Shown here one piece after another: positions 1 to 10,226 of a DNA stretch of 64,000 bases. Origin of the DNA: Bacteriovoracia bacterium. GTDB lineage: Bacteria > Bdellovibrionota > UBA1018 > CAIPTA01. A program made the translations under genes and the position numbers. The notes beneath the pieces are model-generated. The model did no database searches and had not been told where the DNA came from. It saw only the letters and a list, made by a program, of their open reading frames with translations. Where the stretch lies: contig JBFWVL010000006.1 in NCBI GenBank assembly GCA_050246755.1, positions 128,001-192,000 of the forward strand. The letters run 5' to 3'. Numbering within the stretch: the first letter of the stretch is position 1; every line of letters starts with the position of its first letter.

Positions 1-2
1 AG

Positions 3-140
3 GCGATGGTGATCGGCAAGATCCCGAAGATCCCTCCGGGCTTCGCCCTCAAATTCGAAAACCTAAAACAAGAAGACAAGGAGGCCATCGAGTTTTTCGT
101 TACGGAATCGTTAAAGCGGGAAATGCAGATAAACAGCTGA
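3..140 (+). CDS. 3' end of a gene, possibly PilZ-domain C-terminus (partial)
   Basis: Frame from nt 3 reads ...IPPGFALKFENLKQEDKEAIEFFV...; G-x-A-L-K-F plus a terminal helix resembles PilZ C-termini; TGA at 138-140. Confidence 0.45.
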   Translation, partial: AMVIGKIPKIPPGFALKFENLKQEDKEAIEFFVTESLKREMQINS

Positions 141-192
141 AAGAGCCAGCCGCAGTTACTATAATTAATTGGCTCTTAGACCGGGAGTTAGC

Positions 193-1539
193 TTGGACAA
201 AAGAAAAGTATTCGTCATCGACACCAACGTGGTTCTCTTCGATCCCCATTCAATTTATAAGTTCGCCGAGCACGACCTCATCATTCCCATCGTGGTGGTG
301 GAAGAAATCGATAAATTCAAGCGCGATATGTCGGAAAACGGCCGGAACGCGCGCACCTTCTCCCGCTTTATCGATGAGCTAAGAGCGAAGGGCGCCCTTT
401 CGAAAGGCGTTCCGCTGAAGAGCGGCGGCAAACTGTTCGTCGACGTTGGCATGAACGAAAAAATTCCGGAGCTTCCCGACCTTGACATGAGCAAGGCCGA
501 CAACCAGATGCTCGGGATGGCCAAGCGCTACGCGCGCATGAATAAGGATGCCGAGGTCCGCTTCATTTCCAAGGATATCAATCTCCGGATTAAAGCGGAC
601 GCCTGCGGAATCCGCGCCGAGGATTACGAGCCTTCGAAATACGAAGTGGACGACGAGTTTTATACGGGAACCTCTTCGATCACGGTGAAGGGCGAGCTGA
701 TCGACGAGTTCTACGCCAAGCGGAAGCTTTCTTACGAGAACCCGGAAAAAAAGCTCCACCCCAATCAGTTCATTTTCATTCGTGACGAAGCCAATCCTAA
801 CCATACGGCTATTGGCCGGTTCGATGGCCCGCAGAACTGCTTGGTGCCCGTGTTCAAGCCGGCCGAGGGGTTATGGGGAGTGTATCCCCGCAACGCGGAA
901 CAGGCGTTTGCCATCGATTTGCTTCTAAACGACGAGATCAAGCTCGTGAGCCTGGTGGGCAAAGCTGGAACCGGAAAAACCTTACTGGCGATCGCGGCGG
1001 GGCTTTCCAAGACGGTGGACGAGGGATTGTATTCCCGTCTGCTCGTGAGCCGGCCGGTGATGCCGATGGGCAATGATATCGGCTTCTTGCCGGGAACCGT
1101 GGAAGAGAAGCTGAATCCTTATATGCAGCCCATCTTCGACAATATCGATTTCCTCTTCGGCGTGAGCGCCGTAGCGAAAACGAACCGCCGGGGGGCCGGT
1201 AAAGGAACCCAGGAATTGATCAACCAGGGATTGCTCAGCATCGAGCCGCTCACCTATATCCGGGGCCGTTCGATTCCGAATCAGTTTATGATCGTGGATG
1301 AGGCGCAAAACCTCACCCCCCACGAGATCAAGACCATAATCACGCGCGCGGGCGAGGGCACAAAGATCGTGCTCACCGGGGATACGATGCAGATCGACCA
1401 CCCCTACCTCGACAGCATGAACAACGGTTTGGCTTCGGTGGTGGAGTGCTTCAAAAATGAAGCCATCGCCGGCCACGTGACCATGGTAAAAGGGGAGAGA
1501 TCGAAGCTCTCGGAGCTTGCCACGCAACTAATGCAATAG
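193..1539 (+). CDS. PIN domain + PhoH-like ATPase (PhoH2/YlaK type)
   Basis: N-terminal IDTNV PIN motif, GKAGTGKT Walker A, YIRGRS, DEAQN, GDxxQID; TTG start after GGAG. Confidence 0.92.
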   Translation: MDKRKVFVIDTNVVLFDPHSIYKFAEHDLIIPIVVVEEIDKFKRDMSENGRNARTFSRFIDELRAKGALSKGVPLKSGGKLFVDVGMNEKIPELPDLDMSKADNQMLGMAKRYARMNKDAEVRFISKDINLRIKADACGIRAEDYEPSKYEVDDEFYTGTSSITVKGELIDEFYAKRKLSYENPEKKLHPNQFIFIRDEANPNHTAIGRFDGPQNCLVPVFKPAEGLWGVYPRNAEQAFAIDLLLNDEIKLVSLVGKAGTGKTLLAIAAGLSKTVDEGLYSRLLVSRPVMPMGNDIGFLPGTVEEKLNPYMQPIFDNIDFLFGVSAVAKTNRRGAGKGTQELINQGLLSIEPLTYIRGRSIPNQFMIVDEAQNLTPHEIKTIITRAGEGTKIVLTGDTMQIDHPYLDSMNNGLASVVECFKNEAIAGHVTMVKGERSKLSELATQLMQ

Positions 1540-1602
1540 TTTTTGTCATCTTTGTGGTGAATAGGCCCGGAGCTTTGACAACCAATCGCTTCGGGCTTTT
1601 TT

Positions 1603-2625
1603 ATGGAAAGAAAAAATCCTTACCTCAGCTTCGATCCCGGCTTCCTGCCTCCCAGCGGCGAGAAGCCGCTCGAGGTTTGCCTTCTGCGCGGCACCGCCGT
1701 GGAAAGCCGCCACCGCGTGCACGTGGTGGTACGCGAATCAAAGAAAGGCATCATAGATCGCTGGGGAGATGCAGAATTAAATTTATTCCCCCGTTCTTCC
1801 ATCAAGCTAGTGCAAGCCCTCTCCTGGGTGGCGCCGCGTTTCCACGAGAAATGGAATCTCGGGCCGGAAGAGCTGGCGCTCGCCTGCGGATCTCACCAGG
1901 GCGAATCTTTTCACGTAAAAAAAGTGAAAGAATGGCTGGAGAAACTCGGCCTCGAAGAAAAGGTTTTGGACTGCGGCGCCCACGATCCCTACGATAAAGC
2001 GGCCACCCGGGCCTTGATCCTCGAGGGAAAGGCGCCTTCTCCTCTCCATAATAATTGCTCCGGCAAGCACGCTGGCCTCCTGACCTGCTGCCTCGCACAG
2101 GGCTGGCCTACCGAGGGGTATACCAACTACGATCATCCGGTGCAGGAAAAGATCCGCAAAGTACTCTCCCTATTTTGGGAAAAAGAAGCATCTTCTTTGG
2201 CGTGGGGGATCGACGGCTGCGGGATTCCTACCTATTCCGTCTCGCTGGATTTGCTGGCGCGCGCGATGTGCCTGGCCGCGAATCCCCGCGGGCTACCGGG
2301 GGAAATGCAAGATGCGGTGGAGTTGCTGAACGGCGCGATCGCGGCGAAGTCAGAATATATCGGTGGCACCGAGAGTTTCTGCACCAAGGTTGTGGCCGAA
2401 ACGGAAGGAAGAGTTTTTGCGAAGGTGGGGGCCGAGGGAGTGTACGGAGCGTGGATTCCCGGCGCGAAGATCGGTATCGCGATCAAGTGCGAGGATGGTT
2501 CCTCGCGGGCGGCGGAGGCCGCGCTGGTGGCAGTATTGCGCGATCTTGGTTTTTCCCTGGGCTTCTATAGCCCCCTCGTGCGCCGCTGGGGCGGAGAGGT
2601 GGTTGGCCAATTCTTTTGCGCGTGA
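1603..2625 (+). CDS. L-asparaginase II family protein (Rhizobium etli type)
   Basis: RSSIK, CGSH, HNNCSGKH, DGCG, KVGAEG and KxEDG motifs. Confidence 0.9.
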   Translation: MERKNPYLSFDPGFLPPSGEKPLEVCLLRGTAVESRHRVHVVVRESKKGIIDRWGDAELNLFPRSSIKLVQALSWVAPRFHEKWNLGPEELALACGSHQGESFHVKKVKEWLEKLGLEEKVLDCGAHDPYDKAATRALILEGKAPSPLHNNCSGKHAGLLTCCLAQGWPTEGYTNYDHPVQEKIRKVLSLFWEKEASSLAWGIDGCGIPTYSVSLDLLARAMCLAANPRGLPGEMQDAVELLNGAIAAKSEYIGGTESFCTKVVAETEGRVFAKVGAEGVYGAWIPGAKIGIAIKCEDGSSRAAEAALVAVLRDLGFSLGFYSPLVRRWGGEVVGQFFCA

Positions 2626-2634
2626 TTTCATAAA

Positions 2635-2961
2635 TTAATTTAAGCGGCGGCCGGGAGAGCCGGTCCACTCTTCGTGGAGGCGGCGGTAGACTTCTACTTT
2701 AAGGCGGCGCTCTTCGTTGACCGCGAACGATTTCAGTTCTTCGGTGAGGGAGCGTTCTTTGAGGGCGGCCATCAGGATTTCGCCTTTTACCACCGTGAGA
2801 AGATGGTGAGGGTAGTTCGCCGCTTCTTTGCGGTAGCGATCCAGCTCCTGGAGCAGGTCCACTTTTTCCATTTTGGCCAAGCGGGCGCGATAGCCTTGGA
2901 ATAAGCGCTGGCATTCTTTTAGGGTGCGATAGGCTTTGAGGGAGACTACGTTTTCACTCAT
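2635..2961 (-). CDS. hypothetical protein
   Basis: 108-aa ORF with NVVSLKAYR N-terminus, plausible composition, convergent with asparaginase. Confidence 0.7.
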   Translation of the reverse strand: MSENVVSLKAYRTLKECQRLFQGYRARLAKMEKVDLLQELDRYRKEAANYPHHLLTVVKGEILMAALKERSLTEELKSFAVNEERRLKVEVYRRLHEEWTGSPGRRLN

Positions 2962-3121
2962 AGATAATTGGCCTGCTCGATTCGTTCAGAGACGTTTCCC
3001 TGGAGTTATCCCCAGGCCGTGCATTCTAATAAATATGACGCGTTAAGTCAAGAATGAAGGGCGTTTCGATAAGACATTGATTTTATGTAGATTTTCAGTG
3101 CTTTCACTCTATCATAGAGGA

Positions 3122-3757
3122 ATGAAAACCCTATTATTTACGCTATTTTGCCTTCTTCCCCTCGCGCACGGGGCCGCTCCTCAACTTAGCCCCGGAGATC
3201 AGAAAATTGAGGATATCGCCCTTAGTGATACCGGGGATTTTCCCGTCCGCTCGGGAACGGTGAAGCTGCAGAGAATCTCGGCGGGCCTTCGCTACAAGAA
3301 AGTAGTGTTCGTAAAAGCGAAAGTATACGTGGCCCAGCTTTTCGGAAGTGATCCGGGAAAATTTAAGCGCAGTGAAACGGACGCGCTGCCTTCCCTGAAG
3401 GAGCAGAAGAATGTGGCCATCCATCTCACTTTCCTGCGCGGCGTGGATGCGGAAACCATCCAGAAAGCTTATCTGGATGGCGTGAGGGAAAATGGCTTTT
3501 CCGCCGAGGAGCCGGGAGTGAAAGAATTTTTGGCGGCTGCCGGCGCGGGTGGCGATGGGAAAGAGGGAAGCATCATCGCGATTTCGGCCGAGCGAATGAA
3601 AGACGGCACGGAACATATTTCTTACGTAGGCCCTAATGGAAAAACTTCCGAGATCGACGGACCCGCAGGCCTGATCGCGAAAGTTTTTTCCATTTTCCTC
3701 GGCAAGACCACGGATTCCGGGCTCGAAAGCCTGAAAAAAGACCTTACCGCCAACTAA
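3122..3757 (+). CDS. secreted chalcone isomerase-like protein
   Basis: Signal peptide; GLRYKKVVFVKAKVYVAQL and FSIFLG motifs of the Chalcone_3 family. Confidence 0.8.
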   Translation: MKTLLFTLFCLLPLAHGAAPQLSPGDQKIEDIALSDTGDFPVRSGTVKLQRISAGLRYKKVVFVKAKVYVAQLFGSDPGKFKRSETDALPSLKEQKNVAIHLTFLRGVDAETIQKAYLDGVRENGFSAEEPGVKEFLAAAGAGGDGKEGSIIAISAERMKDGTEHISYVGPNGKTSEIDGPAGLIAKVFSIFLGKTTDSGLESLKKDLTAN

Positions 3758-4174
3758 CTATTTCTTCAGCAGGTCGCGGATCTGGCGAAGCAGAAGAATA
3801 TCTTCCGGTGTAGCGGCAGGGGCCGCCGCGGGGGCTTCGCGGCGCAGGCGATTGATTTGGCTTACCGCCAGAAAGATCGCGAAGGCCACGATAACGAAGT
3901 CCACCACGTTATTGATAAAGAGGCCGTAGTTGATCGTGGCGAGCCCGAGTTGCTTAGCTTCCGCGAGAGAAGCGGCCGGCGTGGCAGTGAGGTTGATAAA
4001 TTTATTGGAGAAGTCCAGGCCGCCCGTGATGCGCCCCAAAGGCGGCATCAAGATATCCGCCACGAAAGACTGCACGATTTTTCCAAAAGCCGCTCCGATG
4101 ATCACCCCGATGGCGAGATCGATCACGTTTCCCTTAATCGCGAAAGTTTTGAATTCCTGAAAAAATTTACCCAT
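3758..4174 (-). CDS. mscL: large-conductance mechanosensitive channel
   Basis: [28 protein letters not shown] and [10 protein letters not shown]; start taken at MGKFF. Confidence 0.97.
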   Translation of the reverse strand: MGKFFQEFKTFAIKGNVIDLAIGVIIGAAFGKIVQSFVADILMPPLGRITGGLDFSNKFINLTATPAASLAEAKQLGLATINYGLFINNVVDFVIVAFAIFLAVSQINRLRREAPAAAPAATPEDILLLRQIRDLLKK

Positions 4175-4286
4175 CGCCGTCTCCTGATTTTTAGTTTCGT
4201 TTCTCATAACAGGGGGACGATTGCCTCGACAAGGGGCTTTTTTTCCGGATTCACGCGGTTTGCGTTGGTTTTGGCGTGATTTACGC

Positions 4287-4301
4287 TGGCACAGGCGTTG
4301 C
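4287..4301 (+). promoter_or_regulatory. sigma54 promoter (-24/-12)
   Basis: TGGCAC-AGGCG-TTGC, a perfect consensus upstream of the OMP gene. Confidence 0.75.
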
Positions 4302-4365
4302 TCTTCTCCTTTGAGGTTGTGCCTAGCCGGCGAACCGAAAACACAATTTGAGGAGCGCAGCATAT

Positions 4366-4974
4366 ATGAAAGCAATGATCGTATTTTTGGTGGTGGGAAT
4401 CTTAGCCAGCATTAGTCCGCACGCGATGGCCGCCGAATCGGGCGACGGAAGATTCGCTTTTGGTCCTCAGGGTGGGGCGGTTTGGCCGAATTTCTCGTTT
4501 AAGAATTCCAGCGTAAATAAAGACAACGTGAACGGCTACCTTGCCGGGGCGTTCGTGGAGCTCGGCATCTGGGCCATTACGCTGCGGCCGGAAGTGAACT
4601 ACGTGGAAAAAGGCTATCGCCTGAACGGAGTGGCGGAAGTGAAGCACCACTACCTGGAGATTCCCGTGCTCCTGAAGTTTAATCCCTTCAACGACGCGGT
4701 GGTTTCTCCCTTCATCGTGGTGGGACCGTCTTGGTCGAAGCACCTAGATTCCAAGGTAACGCTCCTCGGCGCTACCACTACCTACAACGACACCGCCGAT
4801 CGCTGGGACGTGGCCGGAGTGGGCGGCGCGGGGATTGAGTTCAATCTCTCGGAGCACGTAGGCATCAACCTGCAGGCTCGCTATAACTTCGGGTTCCGTG
4901 ATCTGGATAGCTCCGCCACGGAGATCCGCTCCCGCGGCCTCTATGGAATGGGCGGTTTGGCGTTCACACTCTAA
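4366..4974 (+). CDS. outer membrane beta-barrel protein (OMP_b-brl/PorT-like)
   Basis: Signal peptide, [21 protein letters not shown], alternating beta-strands. Confidence 0.8.
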   Translation: MKAMIVFLVVGILASISPHAMAAESGDGRFAFGPQGGAVWPNFSFKNSSVNKDNVNGYLAGAFVELGIWAITLRPEVNYVEKGYRLNGVAEVKHHYLEIPVLLKFNPFNDAVVSPFIVVGPSWSKHLDSKVTLLGATTTYNDTADRWDVAGVGGAGIEFNLSEHVGINLQARYNFGFRDLDSSATEIRSRGLYGMGGLAFTL

Positions 4975-4986
4975 TCCTTGGGCTTA

Positions 4987-5034
4987 AAATAGGACCGGGC
5001 AGCGAAGGAGTTACCTCGCTGCCCGGTCCTATTT
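4987..5034. terminator. bidirectional stem-loop/terminator
   Basis: 19-bp perfect inverted repeat AAATAGGACCGGGCAGCGA/TCGCTGCCCGGTCCTATTT between convergent genes. Confidence 0.8.
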
Positions 5035-5048
5035 AGTGAGAGCCGTTT

Positions 5049-6113
5049 CTATTGCGCGTAGTTTTTTAGGGCGCTCAGAAATGCCTGCTGCGCGGGGGTG
5101 CCGGAAGCTTCGGATACCACCCCGTCGCTGTCCTTGCTTGAAATCGACGGTAAATTCTCGATGCGCGCGTGGCTGTAGATGCTTTTAATCGAAGGATCGA
5201 GCTCTTCTGGCAGGCCTAACTGCGAGAGAAAGTCGCGGGCACGGCGGGCTTCCGAGAGACGGAACCTGGCGAGATTCAGTTCCGCTTCGTTTAGTTTGGT
5301 AAAGTCGATCGCCCATTGGCTACCTAAAAATTTATACTTAAATCCTTCGAGCTTATTCTGGCCGATCTTTGTGAGCTGGGTAAGCACTACCAGCCCGAGC
5401 ATCTGGTGCCGCGCGCGCAGGAGGCGGATCGCATTTTTCTCGTGGGCGAGGATCATCTCCACGTAGGCCGGATAGTCGCGAAGCTGGCTTTTGCCTTCAC
5501 GCATATCTTTTCCCGCGAGCAGCGCCGTTTCGATCATGCTAAGCATATTGATCGCATTTTTTCCCGTAATGGCATTCATGTGCAGCTGTTTGCGGTTCAT
5601 TTCTTCCAGCACGATCGATAGCGCATTAAACGACATTTCCTCGTTCGCCGAAGCGCTTGGGCTGAATAGGCCTTTGCCGGCGAAGGGATTCACCTCGTCG
5701 GTATGGGAAATATCCAAGAGGTGGCAAAAAAATTCTTTCGCGGCGTCGTACATGAAAACTTCGCGTTGGCTCGTGAGCTTATCGAGGCCGAGATTATTCC
5801 AGAGCTGAAATTCGAAGGCCTGAAAGTAGAGGCCGGCGTTGGTGCTTTTTTGCTCGAGAGATTTGCCGTTTACCACGTCGTCCCAGCGCTTGCTGCGGAG
5901 ATCGAGGGCGGCGCCTTGGCGGCCGGAATCCATCACTTCGTTCATCGTGTTCGCCATGTCCTCGGTAATCTTGGCCATTCTCGCGGTAGTGGCGTTCATT
6001 TCCGAAGTGGTTCCATTCATCGATAGGGTGGCGTCGTGCATATCGTCCACTTTCGAACAGGACGATATGGCCAGGAGAGTGCAGAGGAGGGGAAAGTATT
6101 TTATTGGTGCCAC
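5049..6113 (-). CDS. hypothetical lipoprotein
   Basis: Lipobox-like LAISSC; 354-aa ORF. Confidence 0.7.
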   Translation of the reverse strand: MAPIKYFPLLCTLLAISSCSKVDDMHDATLSMNGTTSEMNATTARMAKITEDMANTMNEVMDSGRQGAALDLRSKRWDDVVNGKSLEQKSTNAGLYFQAFEFQLWNNLGLDKLTSQREVFMYDAAKEFFCHLLDISHTDEVNPFAGKGLFSPSASANEEMSFNALSIVLEEMNRKQLHMNAITGKNAINMLSMIETALLAGKDMREGKSQLRDYPAYVEMILAHEKNAIRLLRARHQMLGLVVLTQLTKIGQNKLEGFKYKFLGSQWAIDFTKLNEAELNLARFRLSEARRARDFLSQLGLPEELDPSIKSIYSHARIENLPSISSKDSDGVVSEASGTPAQQAFLSALKNYAQ

Positions 6114-6220
6114 GGGAACCTCGAGTGATTTTTCCGAGGGCCTATTTTGCTTCAGGGAAACCAGGGTGGCAAGAAGTATTTGATCAAATTAGTTTATTAT
6201 TAATTTTATAATAAAAATAA

Positions 6221-7252
6221 CTAGTTAGTGGCGTAAGGGTCTCGGGGTAGGCCGATGGCTAAGGTGCTTGTTTCCGCGATCGTGCCGTCAAAATCATTCA
6301 TCCCGCAGTAGGGCATGCGGAAATGTTTGTCGGCGAGATAGATAGGGGCTTGGTTCTCGTTTAAATTTGGAATGTAGGGAAAGCCACGGAGCGCGCACCC
6401 CGCGAGATCTTCCCCCGGGCGGCATTCTACCAAAGAGAATAAAAGATTAGCTTCCGGATTTCCTTTTTTAGGAATGGAAAAGGCCGCCGAGCCGGACGAA
6501 AAATCCAGAAATTGATAGTGAAGAAAGTTTTTGTTTAATTGTTCCCGGGAGATTTTTTCCTGGAAGAAAGAAGCATTTTCTTGATTCTCTTCCCACACGG
6601 AGAAGGCGATTTTTAGCTTGCGCCAATCTTTTTTCGAACCGGCCGCGGGAGTAAATTTTCCCGACACCAGATTTTTAGCGGAGGCGCAGCTGGGGGATGG
6701 CCGCTCGTGATAAACTCTAAAAAACGATACACTTCCCGCCTCGATTTGTGGCGGAATCTTTGCTTCCCCGGACGAGTCGATGGGAACGGAAATACGCTGG
6801 GAAGCCAGGGTGATTCGCTGCTTAGAATCGAGGGGATTAGAGATTGGGGGCACCGGAGACTGGTAATAGTGCGCGGTTACGGTGACGTATTTTTGGTCCT
6901 TTTGGGCCAAAAATGCTTCTCGGTTCACTTGCACCGAGAATTTGAGCGGGAAAATTGGATTGGGAAAAATCTTTATTTCGGAAGCGTTAGAGTTAAAGGC
7001 CTGTTCGGTGCCGGGGTTTATCCCGAAGGCCGCAATTTGCACGAAGCCGGCTCCATTTTTTACGGTGGAAGCAAGGGCCGGAGGCACGATTAAGGTTCCC
7101 GAAACGGTAAACATATTCTCGTTTGCCGCAGTGGGAGAGGTCCCTTCTTGGGTAGAAACGGCGCTGTCTTGGCCGAATAAATAAAAGAGGACGCCTACCG
7201 CCACCAAGATCGCCGCTAAAATTCCGCCTAAAAGCACCATGAAGGTTTTCAT
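6221..7252 (-). CDS. membrane-anchored hypothetical protein
   Basis: N-terminal TM helix (MKTFMVLLGGILAAILVAVGVLF); lies downstream of the tRNA in the reconstructed empty site. Confidence 0.7.
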   Translation of the reverse strand: MKTFMVLLGGILAAILVAVGVLFYLFGQDSAVSTQEGTSPTAANENMFTVSGTLIVPPALASTVKNGAGFVQIAAFGINPGTEQAFNSNASEIKIFPNPIFPLKFSVQVNREAFLAQKDQKYVTVTAHYYQSPVPPISNPLDSKQRITLASQRISVPIDSSGEAKIPPQIEAGSVSFFRVYHERPSPSCASAKNLVSGKFTPAAGSKKDWRKLKIAFSVWEENQENASFFQEKISREQLNKNFLHYQFLDFSSGSAAFSIPKKGNPEANLLFSLVECRPGEDLAGCALRGFPYIPNLNENQAPIYLADKHFRMPYCGMNDFDGTIAETSTLAIGLPRDPYATN

Positions 7253-7320
7253 GTTAGGAAGACTAAAATTTTTTTTTGGAGATAACAAGGGGCGAGGCTG
7301 CGCCGGCTACGGCTTGAAAA

Positions 7321-7351
7321 TTGGCGAGCCTCAGACGCCATTGTCCGAACG
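7321..7351 (+). other. left attachment site (crossover GA at 7326-7327, element arm to 7351)
   Basis: TTGGC-GA-GCCTCAGACGCCAT-TGTCCGAACG; TGGC is the reverse complement of a tRNA 3' end GCCA. Confidence 0.82.
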
Positions 7352-7847
7352 CCTGTATCCTATTGATACTAAAGCGTTTATTTTGAAAGAGTCAAATAGA
7401 ATTTCCCCTGAAATTGTCGATCTATACAAAAAAGGCTGGTCTTTGCGTGACATCGCTCGGGAATACGGGTGCTCAAGACACAAGGTCTACTCCCAGGTAA
7501 AAAAAGCTGGAGTAAAGCTCCGAGAAAATTCCGCTCAAGCAACGCCCAATCGAAAAAACGGCGTTAAGCAGAATGTCTTGCCCTACTATGGGTTTTGCTA
7601 CTTCGAGGGACGCATTACTCCTGATCCCCGAGAGTTCCCTGCTTTGAAACTCATTCATCGTTTATGGAAGGATCAACGCACTATCCATCAAATTACCCTT
7701 GAGCTAAACCGAGTTAAAATTCCGTCCCGTCAACGGAAGCAATGGAGTTGGGCGGCGGTGAAGAATATCGTGCAGAGGTTTGAACAGGGCATCGTTACCC
7801 TTCATGGCGGAAGCCGTTATAAACTAAACAGCTTTTCAAAAAAATAG
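7326..7847 (+). CDS. detached C-terminal part of the serine integrase (HTH + recombinase-like domain), in frame with 37648 ORF after excision
   Basis: LYKKGWSLRDIAREYGCSR HTH and PYYGF..PDPRE..LKLI..LN..IPSR..WS..VKNI recombinase-domain pattern; frame matches the integrase across the GA crossover. Confidence 0.8.
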   Translation, partial: EPQTPLSERLYPIDTKAFILKESNRISPEIVDLYKKGWSLRDIAREYGCSRHKVYSQVKKAGVKLRENSAQATPNRKNGVKQNVLPYYGFCYFEGRITPDPREFPALKLIHRLWKDQRTIHQITLELNRVKIPSRQRKQWSWAAVKNIVQRFEQGIVTLHGGSRYKLNSFSKK

Positions 7848-7866
7848 ACATTGAGGAGAAAACACG

Positions 7867-8097
7867 ATGAACGCAGTTAATGGAATCTTTGTTGCTCTCG
7901 CTTTGGTCTTTGGTGGTGGCTACGCCCTGGATAAAATCTATGTTTCTGTGAAAGCGGCGGCAATCGAACGCATTCACAGAGGTCAACCCTCTTTAGGGCA
8001 ATTTACAAATCGGCTGACTTGCTCGAAGTTCACGCCGTCCGGCGAATATGTCGCAACGAAATGCGGGCGTACAAAAATAAAGCGGGAAATTCATTAG
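7867..8097 (+). CDS. small membrane-anchored hypothetical protein
   Basis: GAGGAG RBS, N-terminal hydrophobic helix. Confidence 0.65.
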   Translation: MNAVNGIFVALALVFGGGYALDKIYVSVKAAAIERIHRGQPSLGQFTNRLTCSKFTPSGEYVATKCGRTKIKREIH

Positions 8098-8163
8098 GAG
8101 CATGTATCTGCTTGAACATTGACCGCCTCGGTTTATGCGATAGAATTTTTCAAGGAGTTGTGT

Positions 8164-8652
8164 ATGCAAATAATACGAAGAGCGAAGCCTGATGATTCTT
8201 TTGGAATCCACGAGGCACACATGCGTTCAATTTGTGAAGTTTGCTCGAAAGATCATTCGCCGGACGAGATTCGAGGCTGGGGGCATCGGCCCTCTCGTGA
8301 AGATCAAAGGCTTAATGCTATACAGAATCAGTTCGTGTGGGTCGTCGATAACGGTGGGAAAATTGAAGGCTATGGACACTTAGCTTTGATTTCAGAAAAC
8401 GGTCATACTCGCGGTCACATCATGGGCCTCTATTTGGTTCCCGAAGCCAATGGCAAGGGGCTGGGTACAGCAATCGCTCGTGAAATGCTTGCTGAAGCCA
8501 AAAGACAAAACGCTATTGCAGTTAGCCTTGAATCAACACTCACTGCTCATAGCTTTTATGAGAAAATGGGATTCACGGATTCGGGGGACCAAGCAACTAT
8601 CGAACTTGGCGGGTCGAAGATTCGATACATTCCGATGAAACTGGTTTTGTAA
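8164..8652 (+). CDS. GNAT family N-acetyltransferase
   Basis: LYLVPEANGKGLGT motif A, STLTAHSFYEKMGF motif B; AAGGAG RBS. Confidence 0.9.
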   Translation: MQIIRRAKPDDSFGIHEAHMRSICEVCSKDHSPDEIRGWGHRPSREDQRLNAIQNQFVWVVDNGGKIEGYGHLALISENGHTRGHIMGLYLVPEANGKGLGTAIAREMLAEAKRQNAIAVSLESTLTAHSFYEKMGFTDSGDQATIELGGSKIRYIPMKLVL

Positions 8653-8847
8653 TGGCTACAAGCAGTGAGTTGGGATCACTTACCGAGCGAGGCTTTTAGA
8701 GGCCGGATTCGGAGAACTTGATCGACCGCTAGCCCCTTTCAGGGTCCAAAAGGCTGCATTGGGAATGATCGCACCCATGACAGAACGATTCCTTTCTGAG
8801 GCGCTTGTTCCGCTAAGTTTATCGGATCTCAGCCGACGATTCGTTAA

Positions 8848-10173
8848 CGTATTGAACCATAGCTAAATGCTACCGAGGAGCGGGGAGTCAAGATCCGACC
8901 TCCCGCGACTGCTTTTTACGTATATCGACGATCCGGAAGAACCACTTTAGTTTTTTCTCTAACTCCGCCTTAAGCCGGAACGGGTTGAGATGCTGGCGAC
9001 GGGCGAGGAGTGCTTGCTTTTGCTCTTGAGAGACATGCTCGCAGTTGATGATCCGTGCAAACGGGGTCTGAGGTTCATCGTGCACTTTTACGATCCTTCC
9101 TCCAACTCGGGTTTTGGATTTTAATTTCATAACCGGCGTAAAGAAGTTCCACAGCGGAAGCCAGTAGTTCACGTACATGTCGTTAATGTAGTCGACGTCC
9201 CACTGGAGATCCAAGCGATCGTAGCCGAGCAGTTGTCTCACATGCGTCCAGTTCTTTTGTTCGACGTGCGCGTTGTCGTTTTTCTTGTAAGGACGACGTC
9301 TGACGAAGTGGACTTTCTCTGGGCGTTTGTCGAAGTACGTGAACAGATCGTTATTCAAGAACTCATTGCCATTGTCTGACGCAAAACCTTTGACCTTGAA
9401 CGGTAGCGTTGTCTCGATCCCTTTGACGGCATCTAGCACCGCCTCTGCTCGCTTGCCCCACACGGCCCTGAGCTCGGTCCAACCCGAGAAGATGTCGGTT
9501 ACTGTGAGCGTGTTGACGAACTCTCCCGCCATCGAGGTGCCGCAGTGGGCGACCGTGTCGGCTTCAACGAACCCAGGCTCGACAATACCGGCTTCGAGTA
9601 ACTTGATTGGGATCTTGTTTTTGATCAGCGAGGGACTTGTAAGCGATCGACCCTTCGCTACCAGCTCCCGATGTCCTCGCAATATCCGATCGATCGTGGA
9701 GCTTGAGACTTTCGTTAATAAAAATCTCGTCTCGTCCGAGATGCCCTCGTAATACGGCAGCCAAAGCTTGATTGCGCCGACCATTTTCTTCGAGCAAAGC
9801 CTACCGCAAGACTCCCACAAAATGACGACATGCCTTCGAACATCCTCGCCATATTTGTACTTCGGCCCAGGGTGCTCTCGGTGCGATTTTATCTCGTTGT
9901 TTAGAAGTCTTATCGCGTGCTTACGTGACAACTCCGTGGTGGCGCAAAACTCGTCCAAAATCAAAGTTTTCTGCCGTCTTGAACCTTTCAGATACCTAAG
10001 CTTCAACTTCTGCAATAAGATGCGCTTAACCCCGTTAGGCATGGTCCCCCTCCTGAATTTGTTTCCGCAAAAACAATCTTAGAGTGTGGTCGGACCATGA
10101 CTCAACGGGGGGTCTAGTGTGCCCCTCGTGATTCAACTGCCCCCGTCGGTATCATTTAATGTGATTCAATTCG
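8848..10173 (-). mobile_element. insertion sequence (rve/integrase-core transposase, IS481/ISNCY-like) with imperfect terminal IRs and TTAA duplication
   Basis: Left end CGTATTGAACCATAGCTAAATGCTACCGA; right end TCGGTATCATTTAATGTGATTCAATTCG; TTAA at 8844-8847 and 10174-10177. Confidence 0.78.
8888..10042 (-). CDS. DDE integrase-core transposase
   Basis: ILDEFC..RKHAIRLL, EADTVAHCG, SDNGNEF, RPYKKNDNAHVEQKN. Confidence 0.92.
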   Translation of the reverse strand: MPNGVKRILLQKLKLRYLKGSRRQKTLILDEFCATTELSRKHAIRLLNNEIKSHREHPGPKYKYGEDVRRHVVILWESCGRLCSKKMVGAIKLWLPYYEGISDETRFLLTKVSSSTIDRILRGHRELVAKGRSLTSPSLIKNKIPIKLLEAGIVEPGFVEADTVAHCGTSMAGEFVNTLTVTDIFSGWTELRAVWGKRAEAVLDAVKGIETTLPFKVKGFASDNGNEFLNNDLFTYFDKRPEKVHFVRRRPYKKNDNAHVEQKNWTHVRQLLGYDRLDLQWDVDYINDMYVNYWLPLWNFFTPVMKLKSKTRVGGRIVKVHDEPQTPFARIINCEHVSQEQKQALLARRQHLNPFRLKAELEKKLKWFFRIVDIRKKQSREVGS

Positions 10174-10186
10174 TTAATGTGGAACC

Positions 10187-10201
10187 TGGCATGGTATTAG
10201 C
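10187..10201 (+). promoter_or_regulatory. putative sigma54 promoter
   Basis: TGGCAT-GGTAT-TAGC (GG-N10-GC) upstream of the 10227 gene. Confidence 0.45.
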
Positions 10202-10226
10202 TTAGCTAGTAGGTTTGGAGGCTCTT

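Noticed and set aside
4175-4375. N-terminal extension of mscL in the ORF track
   Set aside because: MscL homology begins at MGKFF (4174) behind AGGAG; the extension overlaps the divergent promoter
7239-7325. N-terminus of the 202-aa ORF as a genuine gene start
   Set aside because: Lies outside the att crossover and overlaps the start of the opposite-strand host gene; independent translation is not excluded but is unsupported
8813-8839. sigma28-like CTAAG-N14-GCCGACGA next to the IS
   Set aside because: Spacing differs from the other sites and the match is weak
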